A DNA stretch of 36,656 nt from an uncultured bacterium (GTDB taxonomy: Bacteria; Ratteibacteria; UBA8468; MWAK01). The translations under genes were made by a program, and so were the position numbers. Positions 8,278-16,196 of this stretch are shown here, in pieces. The notes under the pieces are model-generated. The model saw only the letters and a program-made list of their open reading frames with translations. It was not told where the DNA came from and did no database searches. Within the stretch, counting starts at the first letter, position 1. Every line of letters starts with the position of its first letter. Location: positions 1-36,656 of the forward strand of contig CAZPLE010000097.1 in assembly GCA_964587375.1 (NCBI GenBank), given 5' to 3'.

Positions 8278-9246
8278 GTGAAGATAGGAATAATAGGTTA
8301 TGCCGGTAGCGGGAAGACCAGCCTTTCCGTTCTCCTTTCCGGGAAGAAGGTTGAAAGTTTTGACCCGCATCAACCAGCGGTTTTAGTGGCAAAGATTGTT
8401 GATTTGCGTCTGAAAAGACTGGTTGATAAGGTAACTACGGAAAAGGTCGTCTTCCCGCAGGTAACACTCCTTGATTTTAAAGGTGGAACGAAAGAGACCG
8501 GTTTTGATCAGAAGACCCTGGCGGGCCTGGGAGGGGTGGACTTTGTAATGATGGTTTTGGATGGGTTTTCCGATGGTAGCCAACCAGCAAGCGACCTCTT
8601 TTCTCTTCACTTGGAGATGGTTTACTATGACCAGCAACGTCTGGCAACCATTATGGAAAGAAGGGAAGCAGAGGTAGAGAAGCACGGTCATCGCCAGCCA
8701 AACCCAGCAGAAGATATAGCCCTTAAAGAAGCCCTCTCTTTGCTTGACAGCGAAACCCCTTTGCGCCTGATGGAAGAAGAGTCCAAACAGAGAAAAGCAT
8801 TTCTTGAGTCGCTTGGTCTGATCAGCAACAAAAAGGCGCTCCTTGTCTTCAATGGAAAGGAGGCAAGTCCAGATTTTTCCGAAGGAACCGAAAGACTTAA
8901 ACTTCCAACCATCTTCTGGGACCTCTCTCTGCCCAAATCAGATTCAGAAATCTTCTCCTTCTGGCAGAAACTCCTTTCTGTTGCTGGTTTGATAACCTTT
9001 TATACGACCAGCCTGAAAGAGACAAGAGCCTGGCTTTTACCAAAAGGTTCAAGTGTGGTAGAAGCCGCCGGTAAGATTCACTCCGACTTTGCTCGGGGTT
9101 TTATTAAGGCAGAAGTAGTTAACTTTGAGGATTTCCAAAAGGTTGATTCCTTTGCCGATTGCCGCCAGAAAGGGTTTCTTAGGTTGGAAGGAAGGGATTA
9201 TCAGGTGGTTGACGGTGACATTCTTAAAATACGTTTTGCCACTTAA
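8278..9246 (+). CDS. divergent YchF/OLA1-like P-loop GTPase/ATPase
   Basis: GTG start. P-loop GYAGSGKTS, DxxG as DFKG, NxxE as NGKE. The C-terminal region FYTTSLKETRAWLLPKGSSVVEAAGKIHSDFARGFIKAEVVNFEDF...EGRDYQVVDGDILKIRF closely follows the YchF C-terminal (DUF933/TGS-like) pattern. The switch regions are poorly conserved. Confidence 0.7.
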   Translation: MKIGIIGYAGSGKTSLSVLLSGKKVESFDPHQPAVLVAKIVDLRLKRLVDKVTTEKVVFPQVTLLDFKGGTKETGFDQKTLAGLGGVDFVMMVLDGFSDGSQPASDLFSLHLEMVYYDQQRLATIMERREAEVEKHGHRQPNPAEDIALKEALSLLDSETPLRLMEEESKQRKAFLESLGLISNKKALLVFNGKEASPDFSEGTERLKLPTIFWDLSLPKSDSEIFSFWQKLLSVAGLITFYTTSLKETRAWLLPKGSSVVEAAGKIHSDFARGFIKAEVVNFEDFQKVDSFADCRQKGFLRLEGRDYQVVDGDILKIRFAT

Positions 9247-9251
9247 CAGGG

Positions 9252-10232
9252 TTAGTATCTTATTAAAGGAATAACCTCTATGGCAACTTCTGAGGCGGCG
9301 GCTTTCAGGGACCGGGCAAGGGCTGTTTTTTGGTCTTGGGCGTTGGTTTCCACCTCAATCCTTTTCCCCCAGATAACCCCCCCTTTTTTGTCCAGAAGGC
9401 GCACTTCCATTTGAGATTTTGCTCCTAAAAGGCCAGCAGACCCCTGGCAGGGTTCAGCGTATGCGGTGCCGATGATATAATATTCTCCAGAGAGGGTTGA
9501 AGGAAAAGCTCTTTTCTGGTTGGCAAAATAGAATCTGGCATATTCCCGCAAGAGGAGACTTTCACCCTCCTGAACTGGAAAAGCACAGGATTCAAGGTAA
9601 TAGAGAAGAGCGGTTTCGGCAAAAGATTCCTGGCAAGGGCCCTGAGAAGTCTTTTCCACAAGCGCCACCGAGACAGTCGGTTTTGGACCTTTAGGCAGCT
9701 GGTTGATGAGTGCCAGGGCTATCGCACTATCCCGCTGGGAGGTGAGGTTGAGTCGATCCCGAAAGATTAAGTACCTTAAGACCTCACAGGTAGTCCGCTT
9801 GAGCAACAGACGGCCTGCGGACCTATCTTTTTCAACAGAGACATGGTCACCAAAGACCCGGCAGCGGTCGGTCTTCAGGTCATAAACCTTCAGTTGGTAG
9901 ACCATTATTCCGGACTCCGTTCCTGCCATCCCTGTCAGCACGTAGCCAACCCCATAATTGAGAAGGGAGGAGTAAAGACTTTCCTGCGGGAAGTCTGGTC
10001 GGGTCGTTAACTCCTTATTCAGAAGTGGCTCAAACTCTGCCGGAAGAAGGAGGTGGTAGGCCCGGCCGAGGATGCTTGTTAGGTAACGGTTGGCCTCAAC
10101 CGCTACCCATTCCTCGCCAAAGGGTTGGATCGGGTAAAAAGCTACCTTTTTAGGCAACCCTTCCGCAGCACCAGGGATGGAAAGGGACAAAAGCACTGCG
10201 AACACCACTATAATCTTCTTGACCATCTTCAT
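9252..10232 (-). CDS. hypothetical secreted protein (signal peptide; two similar halves)
   Basis: MKMVKKIIVVFAVLLSLSIPGAAEG signal-like N-terminus. Its ATG overlaps the tkt stop (ATGA). Both halves begin with a K/T-V-A/S-x-x-P/L module (KKVAFYPIQPF... and TVSVALVEKT...). No family assigned. Confidence 0.6.
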   Translation of the reverse strand: MKMVKKIIVVFAVLLSLSIPGAAEGLPKKVAFYPIQPFGEEWVAVEANRYLTSILGRAYHLLLPAEFEPLLNKELTTRPDFPQESLYSSLLNYGVGYVLTGMAGTESGIMVYQLKVYDLKTDRCRVFGDHVSVEKDRSAGRLLLKRTTCEVLRYLIFRDRLNLTSQRDSAIALALINQLPKGPKPTVSVALVEKTSQGPCQESFAETALLYYLESCAFPVQEGESLLLREYARFYFANQKRAFPSTLSGEYYIIGTAYAEPCQGSAGLLGAKSQMEVRLLDKKGGVIWGKRIEVETNAQDQKTALARSLKAAASEVAIEVIPLIRY

Positions 10233-12160
10233 TTTTTCATTATCTCCTTAACAACCCTCTGAAGAGATTGGAGGTCCAACCCCTCCTTTTGATAAAGCGC
10301 CTCAGGGGTTCCGCTCTCTCCATAAGATTTAATCCCCAGCCTTTTAAACTGCACACACAGCGATTTTTCCGCCAGAATATTTGCCACTACAGAACCAAGA
10401 CCAGTCTGGATATGATGGTCTTCGTAAGTAATAATCCGACCCGTACTGGCCGCTTCTTTGATAGTCTGCTCACCAAGAGAAAGGGGGCAGGAAACAGCCA
10501 GGACGCCAACCCCGATACCTTCTTTTTTCAAGTTGTCACTGGCGAGAGAAGCGTAGAAAGCCATCGGTGCACCCATAGTGATAATCGTCACATCTTTACC
10601 TTGGCGCAGCCAGTCTGTCTTTCCATATTCAAACCGGTAATTCTCCCCATAGTAGGGGGTGCCATCTTCTTTGGTAATCACCGGAACTTTGGAGCGGCCC
10701 ATCGCCACCATAAAGTTGCCAAACTCCTTAGCAACATACCGGATGACGCGGTCGGTCTGATTGGGGTCGGCCGGTACAATAAGTTTAAAGTGATACAGGT
10801 TTGCCATTATACCCACATAGTCAATACACTGGTGGGTCTTTCCGTCTTCACCCACATCCAGCCCGCAGTGGGTACAGATAACCTTTAAGTTGGTATGATT
10901 AAGGTCATTCAATCTCTGCTGATTATAGGTTTCGTCAACCCCAAAGACTCCGAAGTCGGCAAAGAAGGTTATCACCCCTGCGGCGGAGAGGGCGCCAGCG
11001 ATAGTGGCTGCAGCGTGTTCTTGGACACCAACCTCAAAGAAAGAAGAGGGTGAGAAACCGGCAAACTCTTCGGTGCGTACCGAACTTGCCAAGTCACAGT
11101 CAACAACCGCAATCGGGGTCTTTCCGGTTACCCCACAGTTTGCTGATGCCAGGGACTTCAACGCCCTGCCAAAGGCACCACGGTTATCTAACCTTTCATT
11201 TACCTGATAGAGAACCTCTTTTCCGGTGTCGATCACAATCGGATAAGAAAGAGCCCGCTCCGGAATGGAAAAGGACCAATTCTTACGCACCTGCGTCAAA
11301 CGGGAAAGGGTCTCTTCCTCTATCCCTAACTCCACCATTGCTTTCTGATGCTCTTCCTTTTTGAGGGCAACGCCGTGATACTGGCAGCGGTTCTCCATAA
11401 AGGAAATGCCCTTGCCCATAACCGTTTCCGCGATTATTGCGGTTGGTTCTCCATCGCTTACTGCCTCACGCAACGCTTGGTAAATCGCTTGGTGGTCGTG
11501 GCCATCAATCTCCAATACCTTCCAACCATCAGAGAGATAGTTCCCTTTAATATTTTGAGGCATAACCTCTTCCAGTCGGCCACTAATCTGAAGGTGGTTA
11601 TAATCAATTATGGCTGTCAGGTTGGAAAGGTTGTATTTTCTGGCAAAGCGCCGAGCCTCTGCCACCTGACCCTTAGCCTGTTCGCCGTCACTCATTACCA
11701 CAAAGACCTGATAATCTTTTTTCAAAATCCGGCTGGCGACCGCAAACCCACAACCGGCTGAAAGCCCCTGCCCAAGGTTGCCAGTTGACCACTCAATACC
11801 TGGTAAATTCCTTTCCACGTGTCCCTCAAAAGGCGTACCTATCAGACGGAAGCCACTGAGAGCCGCCTCAATGGGGAAGAAGCCCAACCTTCCCAGAACC
11901 GAATAGACGCCAGGAGAGGTGTGACCATGGCTGATGATAATCCGGTCACGATCAGGATGGTCAGGGTCTTTGGGGTCCACCCTTGCATACTTATAAAGAA
12001 CCAGATAGATATCCAGCGAAGAGATTGAACCACCCGGATGTCCGCAGGCTGCCAGCGTCGTCATCGTAAGGATATCGCCCTTGCATATCCTTGATAGGCG
12101 AGCAAGTTCCTCTCTTTCTTTATCGGAAAGCGCCTCGTTCGGAAACCTTTGTGTCAACAC
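10229..12160 (-). CDS. tkt: transketolase (fused N- and C-terminal halves)
   Basis: ACGHPGGSISSLDIY, GHTSPG, GNLGQGLS and MSDGEQAKG (TPP motif region), then pyrimidine-binding and C-terminal domains. I prefer GTG 12160, preceded by GAGG + 6 nt. The ORF-track TTG at 12253 lies inside a predicted -35 hexamer. Confidence 0.88.
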   Translation of the reverse strand: MLTQRFPNEALSDKEREELARLSRICKGDILTMTTLAACGHPGGSISSLDIYLVLYKYARVDPKDPDHPDRDRIIISHGHTSPGVYSVLGRLGFFPIEAALSGFRLIGTPFEGHVERNLPGIEWSTGNLGQGLSAGCGFAVASRILKKDYQVFVVMSDGEQAKGQVAEARRFARKYNLSNLTAIIDYNHLQISGRLEEVMPQNIKGNYLSDGWKVLEIDGHDHQAIYQALREAVSDGEPTAIIAETVMGKGISFMENRCQYHGVALKKEEHQKAMVELGIEEETLSRLTQVRKNWSFSIPERALSYPIVIDTGKEVLYQVNERLDNRGAFGRALKSLASANCGVTGKTPIAVVDCDLASSVRTEEFAGFSPSSFFEVGVQEHAAATIAGALSAAGVITFFADFGVFGVDETYNQQRLNDLNHTNLKVICTHCGLDVGEDGKTHQCIDYVGIMANLYHFKLIVPADPNQTDRVIRYVAKEFGNFMVAMGRSKVPVITKEDGTPYYGENYRFEYGKTDWLRQGKDVTIITMGAPMAFYASLASDNLKKEGIGVGVLAVSCPLSLGEQTIKEAASTGRIITYEDHHIQTGLGSVVANILAEKSLCVQFKRLGIKSYGESGTPEALYQKEGLDLQSLQRVVKEIMKK

Positions 12161-12224
12161 TTTTAACCTCGTCTTTTCTTCAAACGAAACCAACCCAAAA
12201 AATAAGAAAGAGTGGGGAATTTTT

Positions 12225-12253
12225 ATTTTAACCCGCTCTCTTTTACCCGTCAA
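12225..12253 (-). promoter_or_regulatory. sigma70-type promoter TTGACG-17 nt-TAAAAT for tkt
   Basis: Minus strand: TTGACG (12253-12248), 17-nt spacer, TAAAAT (12230-12225). It sits about 58 nt upstream of the GAGG-preceded GTG at 12160. Confidence 0.5.
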
Positions 12254-12268
12254 ATTTGTAATCTTATG

Positions 12269-12298
12269 GAAGACCTTTTGGTACCAACAAGAGTCTTC
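12269..12298 (-). other. imperfect 30-nt hairpin/palindrome between the nagB-like stop and the tkt promoter
   Basis: GAAGAC...GTCTTC outer arms enclose the 10-bp perfect palindrome TTGGTACCAA. No U-tract follows on the minus strand, so it is not a canonical intrinsic terminator. Confidence 0.3.
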
Positions 12299-12335
12299 GC
12301 AGAGAAGAGAGGAGAATCATCAAAAGGACCTATTT

Positions 12336-13088
12336 TTACAGCGATGTGGATTGGTAATACTCTTTGCGTTTCAGGAAGGTAGCGGCTGCCTCATCAAGGA
12401 GGGTAGTACATTTGGGATGGCGCTGGAAAATAGAGCCGGTAACCGAACTGGTAATTGGACCTTCAATCACCCTGGAAGCGGCCATCGCTCTGGCAGAGCC
12501 GATTGCCACCAGCAGAACCTCCTTTGCCTCCATCATCGTGGCCACCCCCAGAGTGAGGCTGTATTTGGGACATTCCCGACTGGCAAACCTTCCGTTATGA
12601 GAGGCCTCATCCGGGCTAAGGGTCTTAACCCGGCACCGGCTACCCAGAGAAGAAGTTGGTTCGTTTCGACCCACCTCGCCCCGCAACCCCAACAAGATAG
12701 TTTGAAGGTCTATGCCACCGGCCCCTTTTATTTTCCGTTCATATTCGGCACATTCGGCAACCGGATCCTTGGCAGTGCCGTTCAACAGGAAGACATTTTC
12801 GGTCGTTACATCAAGACTGGAAAAGAAAGTACTCCAGAGCAGATAAGCGTTGCTTAAGGGGTGGTCAAAACCAAAACCGAGGAACTCATCGTTAGAAAAG
12901 AAACGGGCCTTGCGAAAACTGATTTGGCCTTTGCGATATCTTTCTACCAGCTCCTGATAACAGGGCATCAGACAAAGGGAGGGCGAAAGTCCAAGGACAA
13001 GGTCTGGTTTCTCTTTTATCCTTTCCGAAATAAGGTCCGCTACCTTGTGGCAGACTGCCTTTGTGTCAGGCAGAATGAGAACCTTCAC
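12336..13088 (-). CDS. NagB/RpiA-fold paralog with degenerate active site (glucosamine-6-P deaminase-like, probably non-canonical function)
   Basis: Collinear with the upstream nagB over the full length (KEKPDLVLGL identical; VKTL, EGP.TS, HP conserved). However GLATGSTP becomes GLSPSLCL and GIGRDGHIGFNEP becomes GLRGEVGRNEP. GTG start. Confidence 0.75.
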   Translation of the reverse strand: MKVLILPDTKAVCHKVADLISERIKEKPDLVLGLSPSLCLMPCYQELVERYRKGQISFRKARFFSNDEFLGFGFDHPLSNAYLLWSTFFSSLDVTTENVFLLNGTAKDPVAECAEYERKIKGAGGIDLQTILLGLRGEVGRNEPTSSLGSRCRVKTLSPDEASHNGRFASRECPKYSLTLGVATMMEAKEVLLVAIGSARAMAASRVIEGPITSSVTGSIFQRHPKCTTLLDEAAATFLKRKEYYQSTSL

Positions 13089-13092
13089 CCTG

Positions 13093-13111
13093 GCCCCTTT
13101 CAGAAAGGGGC
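13093..13111 (-). other. GC-rich hairpin in the 30-nt nagB / nagB-like intercistronic spacer
   Basis: GCCCCTTTC-A-GAAAGGGGC is a perfect 9+9 palindrome, effectively 8 bp with a 3-nt loop. On the mRNA strand the 3' arm contains the only SD-like purine run (AGGGG), 6-9 nt before the GTG at 13088. Confidence 0.45.
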
Positions 13112-13118
13112 TCGCCTT

Positions 13119-13907
13119 TTAGACAAAACCCCCTTCAAAACGCCGCGCCTGTTCTTCGGCGTAGCGATAATAGTCTTTGCGTTGCAGGCTACTGGCCGCC
13201 TCTTCGTCAAGGACCGCAATCACTTTCGGATGGATCTGCATTATGGAGGCAGTAACAAGGCTGGTTACCGGACCCTCTATCGCTTTAGCGACAATGTCAC
13301 TCTTTTCGGTACCGCTGGCGAGAAAGAGAAGTTCCTTTGCTTCCAGAATGGTGCCAACCCCCATCGTGATGGCAAAGCGCGGGACATCTTCCAGTCGAGG
13401 AAAGAACCGAGCATTGTCCTTAATGGTTTGCTCGTCAAGGGTTTTAACCCTAGTTCGGGAAGCAAGGGAAGAGCCTGGTTCGTTAAAACCGATGTGGCCA
13501 TCCCGGCCGATGCCCACCACCTGAAGGTCAATTCCCCCTGCCTTCTCTATCTGTTCTTCGTACCACTGGCAGTACTTTTCCGGGTCCTTGGCTAAGCCAT
13601 CAGGAATATAGATATTCTCCTTTCGCACATCTATATGGTTAAACAGGTTTTCAAACATAAAGTAATGGTAACTGGCGGGGTCATCCGGTTTTAAGCCTAT
13701 GTATTCGTCAAGATTGAAAGTGCGCACTTCAGCGAAAGAGAGTTTCTCCTCTTTGTGTATTCGGACCAGTTCCCGATATAACCCCAAAGGAGTGCTGCCG
13801 GTTGCCAGTCCAAGGACAAGGTCTGGTTTCTCTTTCAGGCGGTTGACCACAATCCGGGCCGCCTCTTTACTCATCTCTTCGTAATCTTTAGTGATAATCA
13901 CCCGCAT
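13119..13907 (-). CDS. nagB: glucosamine-6-phosphate deaminase
   Basis: MRVIITKDYEEMS..., GLATGSTPLGLY, FNLDEY, GIGRDGHIGFNEPGSS and ITMGVGTI form the complete NagB motif set. Start at ATG 13907, preceded by AGGAGGAAGG. The longer ORF-track start (14030) would overlap rpsA by about 140 nt. Confidence 0.9.
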   Translation of the reverse strand: MRVIITKDYEEMSKEAARIVVNRLKEKPDLVLGLATGSTPLGLYRELVRIHKEEKLSFAEVRTFNLDEYIGLKPDDPASYHYFMFENLFNHIDVRKENIYIPDGLAKDPEKYCQWYEEQIEKAGGIDLQVVGIGRDGHIGFNEPGSSLASRTRVKTLDEQTIKDNARFFPRLEDVPRFAITMGVGTILEAKELLFLASGTEKSDIVAKAIEGPVTSLVTASIMQIHPKVIAVLDEEAASSLQRKDYYRYAEEQARRFEGGFV

Positions 13908-15303
13908 TTTTAATCCTTCCTCCTTTCCTTTTTCTTCCTTTTTCTTCCTTTTTCTTCTCTTCCAAACCTCCCTCCTTACCATCAGCACCCGGGGCAGGAG
14001 GCGGTGGGCCCAAAAGTTGCTTTCTGCCAAGGGAAATACGCTTCTTTTCCGGGTCCACCTCCAAAATCATTACTTCAATTTTGTCTCCCTTCTTCAGAAC
14101 CTCAGAGGGGTGTTTCACCTTTTGCCAGTCAAGGTCCTTCAGGTGGAGGAGGCCCTCAATCCCCTTCTCAATTTCCACAAAAGCACCATAATTGGTAATA
14201 TTGTAAACCTTTCCTTTCACTACCGTGTTGACCGGATACTTCAAGGCAATAGTCTCCCAGGGGTTTGGTTCCAGGGCCTTCATACTGAAGGAAACTTTCT
14301 GTTTTTCTGGCTCCAGGCCAATGACCTGCACCTCCACGGTATCACCCATTGCCAGGATTTCGGAAGGGGTTTTAATCTTTGATGTCCAGGAGAGTTCCGA
14401 GATGTGAAGCAAACCCTCTATCCCGTCCTCTAACTTTATGAAGGCTCCATAATCGGTAATATTAACCACTTTACCCTGGACGCGGCTCCCAACCGGATAT
14501 CTCTTTTCAATGCCTTCCCACGGGTTAGGCGTTGTCTGTTTGATTCCCAGGGCCACCTCCCCTTTTTCCGTATTTATCCTCAAAATCTTTACGTTAACCT
14601 CATCTCCTACCGCCACCACCTGGGAAGGATGGGTTATTCGGCTCCAGGAGAGGTCATTGATATGGACCAGTCCTGTAATATCGCCGAGGTCTACAAAGAC
14701 ACCATAGTCCACGATATTACGCACCACACCTTTAACAACCTTTCCCACCTCCATCTTCTCCAGGGCGGATTTTTTCTTCAAAAGATCTTCTTCCTCAAGG
14801 ATTTCTCTTCGGGAAACGACGATGTTGTTTCTCATTCGGTCCAGTTTTATGACCTTAAACTCAAATACCTGGTTTATCAGTGCTTTCTGGTCTGATATCG
14901 GCTTTAGGTCTGCTTGGCTTGCCGGAAGAAACGCTATAATCCCGATATCCACTCGGAACCCACCTTTTACTGGAGCCAGGATCTTACCCTTAATTCTTGC
15001 CCCTTCCCGGAAGGCGTTCTCTATCCGGTCCCAGTTTAAGACCAGGTCCGCTTTTTCCTTGGAGAGCGACACAAAACCGTTTTCGGTCAGGTCTAAACTT
15101 TCCAGCATAACCTTAACTTCCTGCCCGGGCTCCAGGGATTCAAACTCCTTAAACTCGCTCCGTGAAATCACCCCTTCCGTTTTGTAACCGATATCCACCA
15201 GCACCTCGTTGTTTTTCATCTCCAGGATACGTCCGGTGATGATATTCCCGGGTTTAAAAACGGTTACTTTTTGCAATAAGGTTTCCGAAAGCTCCTCAGC
15301 CAT
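13888..15303 (-). CDS. rpsA: 30S ribosomal protein S1 (five S1 domains plus a basic tail)
   Basis: Five repeats of the S1 OB-fold pattern (for example GKVVKGVVRNIVDYGVFVDLGDITGLVHINDLSW). C-terminal tail ...EEKKKEEKGRKRKGG... The 3' end overlaps the nagB start by 20 nt. Confidence 0.93.
   Translation of the reverse strand: MAEELSETLLQKVTVFKPGNIITGRILEMKNNEVLVDIGYKTEGVISRSEFKEFESLEPGQEVKVMLESLDLTENGFVSLSKEKADLVLNWDRIENAFREGARIKGKILAPVKGGFRVDIGIIAFLPASQADLKPISDQKALINQVFEFKVIKLDRMRNNIVVSRREILEEEDLLKKKSALEKMEVGKVVKGVVRNIVDYGVFVDLGDITGLVHINDLSWSRITHPSQVVAVGDEVNVKILRINTEKGEVALGIKQTTPNPWEGIEKRYPVGSRVQGKVVNITDYGAFIKLEDGIEGLLHISELSWTSKIKTPSEILAMGDTVEVQVIGLEPEKQKVSFSMKALEPNPWETIALKYPVNTVVKGKVYNITNYGAFVEIEKGIEGLLHLKDLDWQKVKHPSEVLKKGDKIEVMILEVDPEKKRISLGRKQLLGPPPPAPGADGKEGGLEEKKKEEKGRKRKGGRIKNAGDYH
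13927..13956 (-). repeat. perfect tandem direct repeat, 10 bp x 3 (plus strand CCTTTTTCTT; mRNA strand AAGAAAAAGG)
   Basis: Read directly at 13927-13936, 13937-13946 and 13947-13956. It lies in the lysine-rich C-terminal tail codons of rpsA, 20-49 nt upstream of the nagB ATG. Confidence 0.9.
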
Positions 15304-15313
15304 TATTCTTTTG

Positions 15314-16174
15314 TTACCATCCTTTCAATCTTTCTTTTACCTCCTCAATAGTTTCTTGGGGAGTGGAGGTTCCCGATACCAGACCTACTCTCTGGCCAGG
15401 TCGGTACCACTCATTCTTTATCTGGTCGGCTCCAGAGATCAGATATGTCTGTGGCTTGATGCGGCGCATCATCCGGTAAAGGTTGGTCGTATTAGCACTT
15501 TTACGCGAACCAATCACCAGAAGAATGTCCACCCTTTTGGCGATTTCCGCTGCCTCTGCCCGGCGCCTTTCGGTTACCCGGCAGACGGTATTAAAGATGC
15601 GCGCTTCCGGGGGAGCGGTCTCTTCCAAAAGGGAGCGGAGCGCCTGATAGTAACCCTCCCTGGTGTTCGTTGTCTGGCTTACTATGGCCAGCCGCCTTGT
15701 GGATAAAAGCTTCTTCTTTTCTTCGTCCTCAAACCTAACCAACCTTTCCCCAACCGGGTAAATCAGACTTCCCTCACCAGCAAAACCAGCCAGGGCTTTT
15801 ACCTCCGGGTGCTCGGGTTTGCCAATGATTATCACGGTATATCCTTCCCTCTTCAAGACCATGACCAAGTCCTGGACCTTGCGCACAAAGGGGCAGGTGG
15901 CGTCAACAACCTTACGCTGATGGCGCAGAAGATCCTTTTTCATTTCCGGGTGTATTCCATGGCTACGAATAATCACCGGCCTTTTGACATCTTCGCCGGA
16001 GAACTCGGTTATGGTCGTCAGCCCAGCGCGGCACAATCTTTTAATCACCCGCTCGTTGTGGATGATTGGTCCAAACGAAACGCACTGCCCATACTCTTTT
16101 AGTGCTTTTTCGCACAGCGAAACAGCCCGTTTTACACCGAAACAGAAGCCAATTTCCTTAGCCGTAATAACCAT
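15314..16174 (-). CDS. ispH: 4-hydroxy-3-methylbut-2-enyl diphosphate reductase
   Basis: N-terminus GFCFGVKRAV, then IIHN, ATCPFV and SANTTNL are IspH/LytB hallmarks including the cluster cysteines. 286 aa. The ispH-rpsA adjacency is common. Confidence 0.92.
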   Translation of the reverse strand: MVITAKEIGFCFGVKRAVSLCEKALKEYGQCVSFGPIIHNERVIKRLCRAGLTTITEFSGEDVKRPVIIRSHGIHPEMKKDLLRHQRKVVDATCPFVRKVQDLVMVLKREGYTVIIIGKPEHPEVKALAGFAGEGSLIYPVGERLVRFEDEEKKKLLSTRRLAIVSQTTNTREGYYQALRSLLEETAPPEARIFNTVCRVTERRRAEAAEIAKRVDILLVIGSRKSANTTNLYRMMRRIKPQTYLISGADQIKNEWYRPGQRVGLVSGTSTPQETIEEVKERLKGW

Positions 16175-16196
16175 TCCAGAATCCAGGAAGTTTTTA

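Noticed and set aside
10268-10888. 206-aa plus-strand ORF, along with several 60-180-aa ORFs antisense to tkt, fhs, metF, the Lon-like gene and others
   Set aside because: All are embedded antisense or out-of-frame within genes that have strong family signatures. None has recognisable motifs or initiation signals.
12081-13595. Two consecutive plus-strand ORFs (258 aa and 244 aa) opposite the nagB pair
   Set aside because: Both are antisense shadows of the two NagB-fold genes, which carry clear family motifs. Neither has motifs or translation signals, and the first begins inside the tkt leader/promoter region.
13908-14030. 41-codon N-terminal extension of nagB overlapping rpsA
   Set aside because: The conserved NagB N-terminus (MRVIITKDY) starts at ATG 13907 with AGGAGGAAGG upstream. 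The extension is just the alternate reading of the purine-rich rpsA tail. The open frame is nevertheless noted in the repeat/fusion finding.
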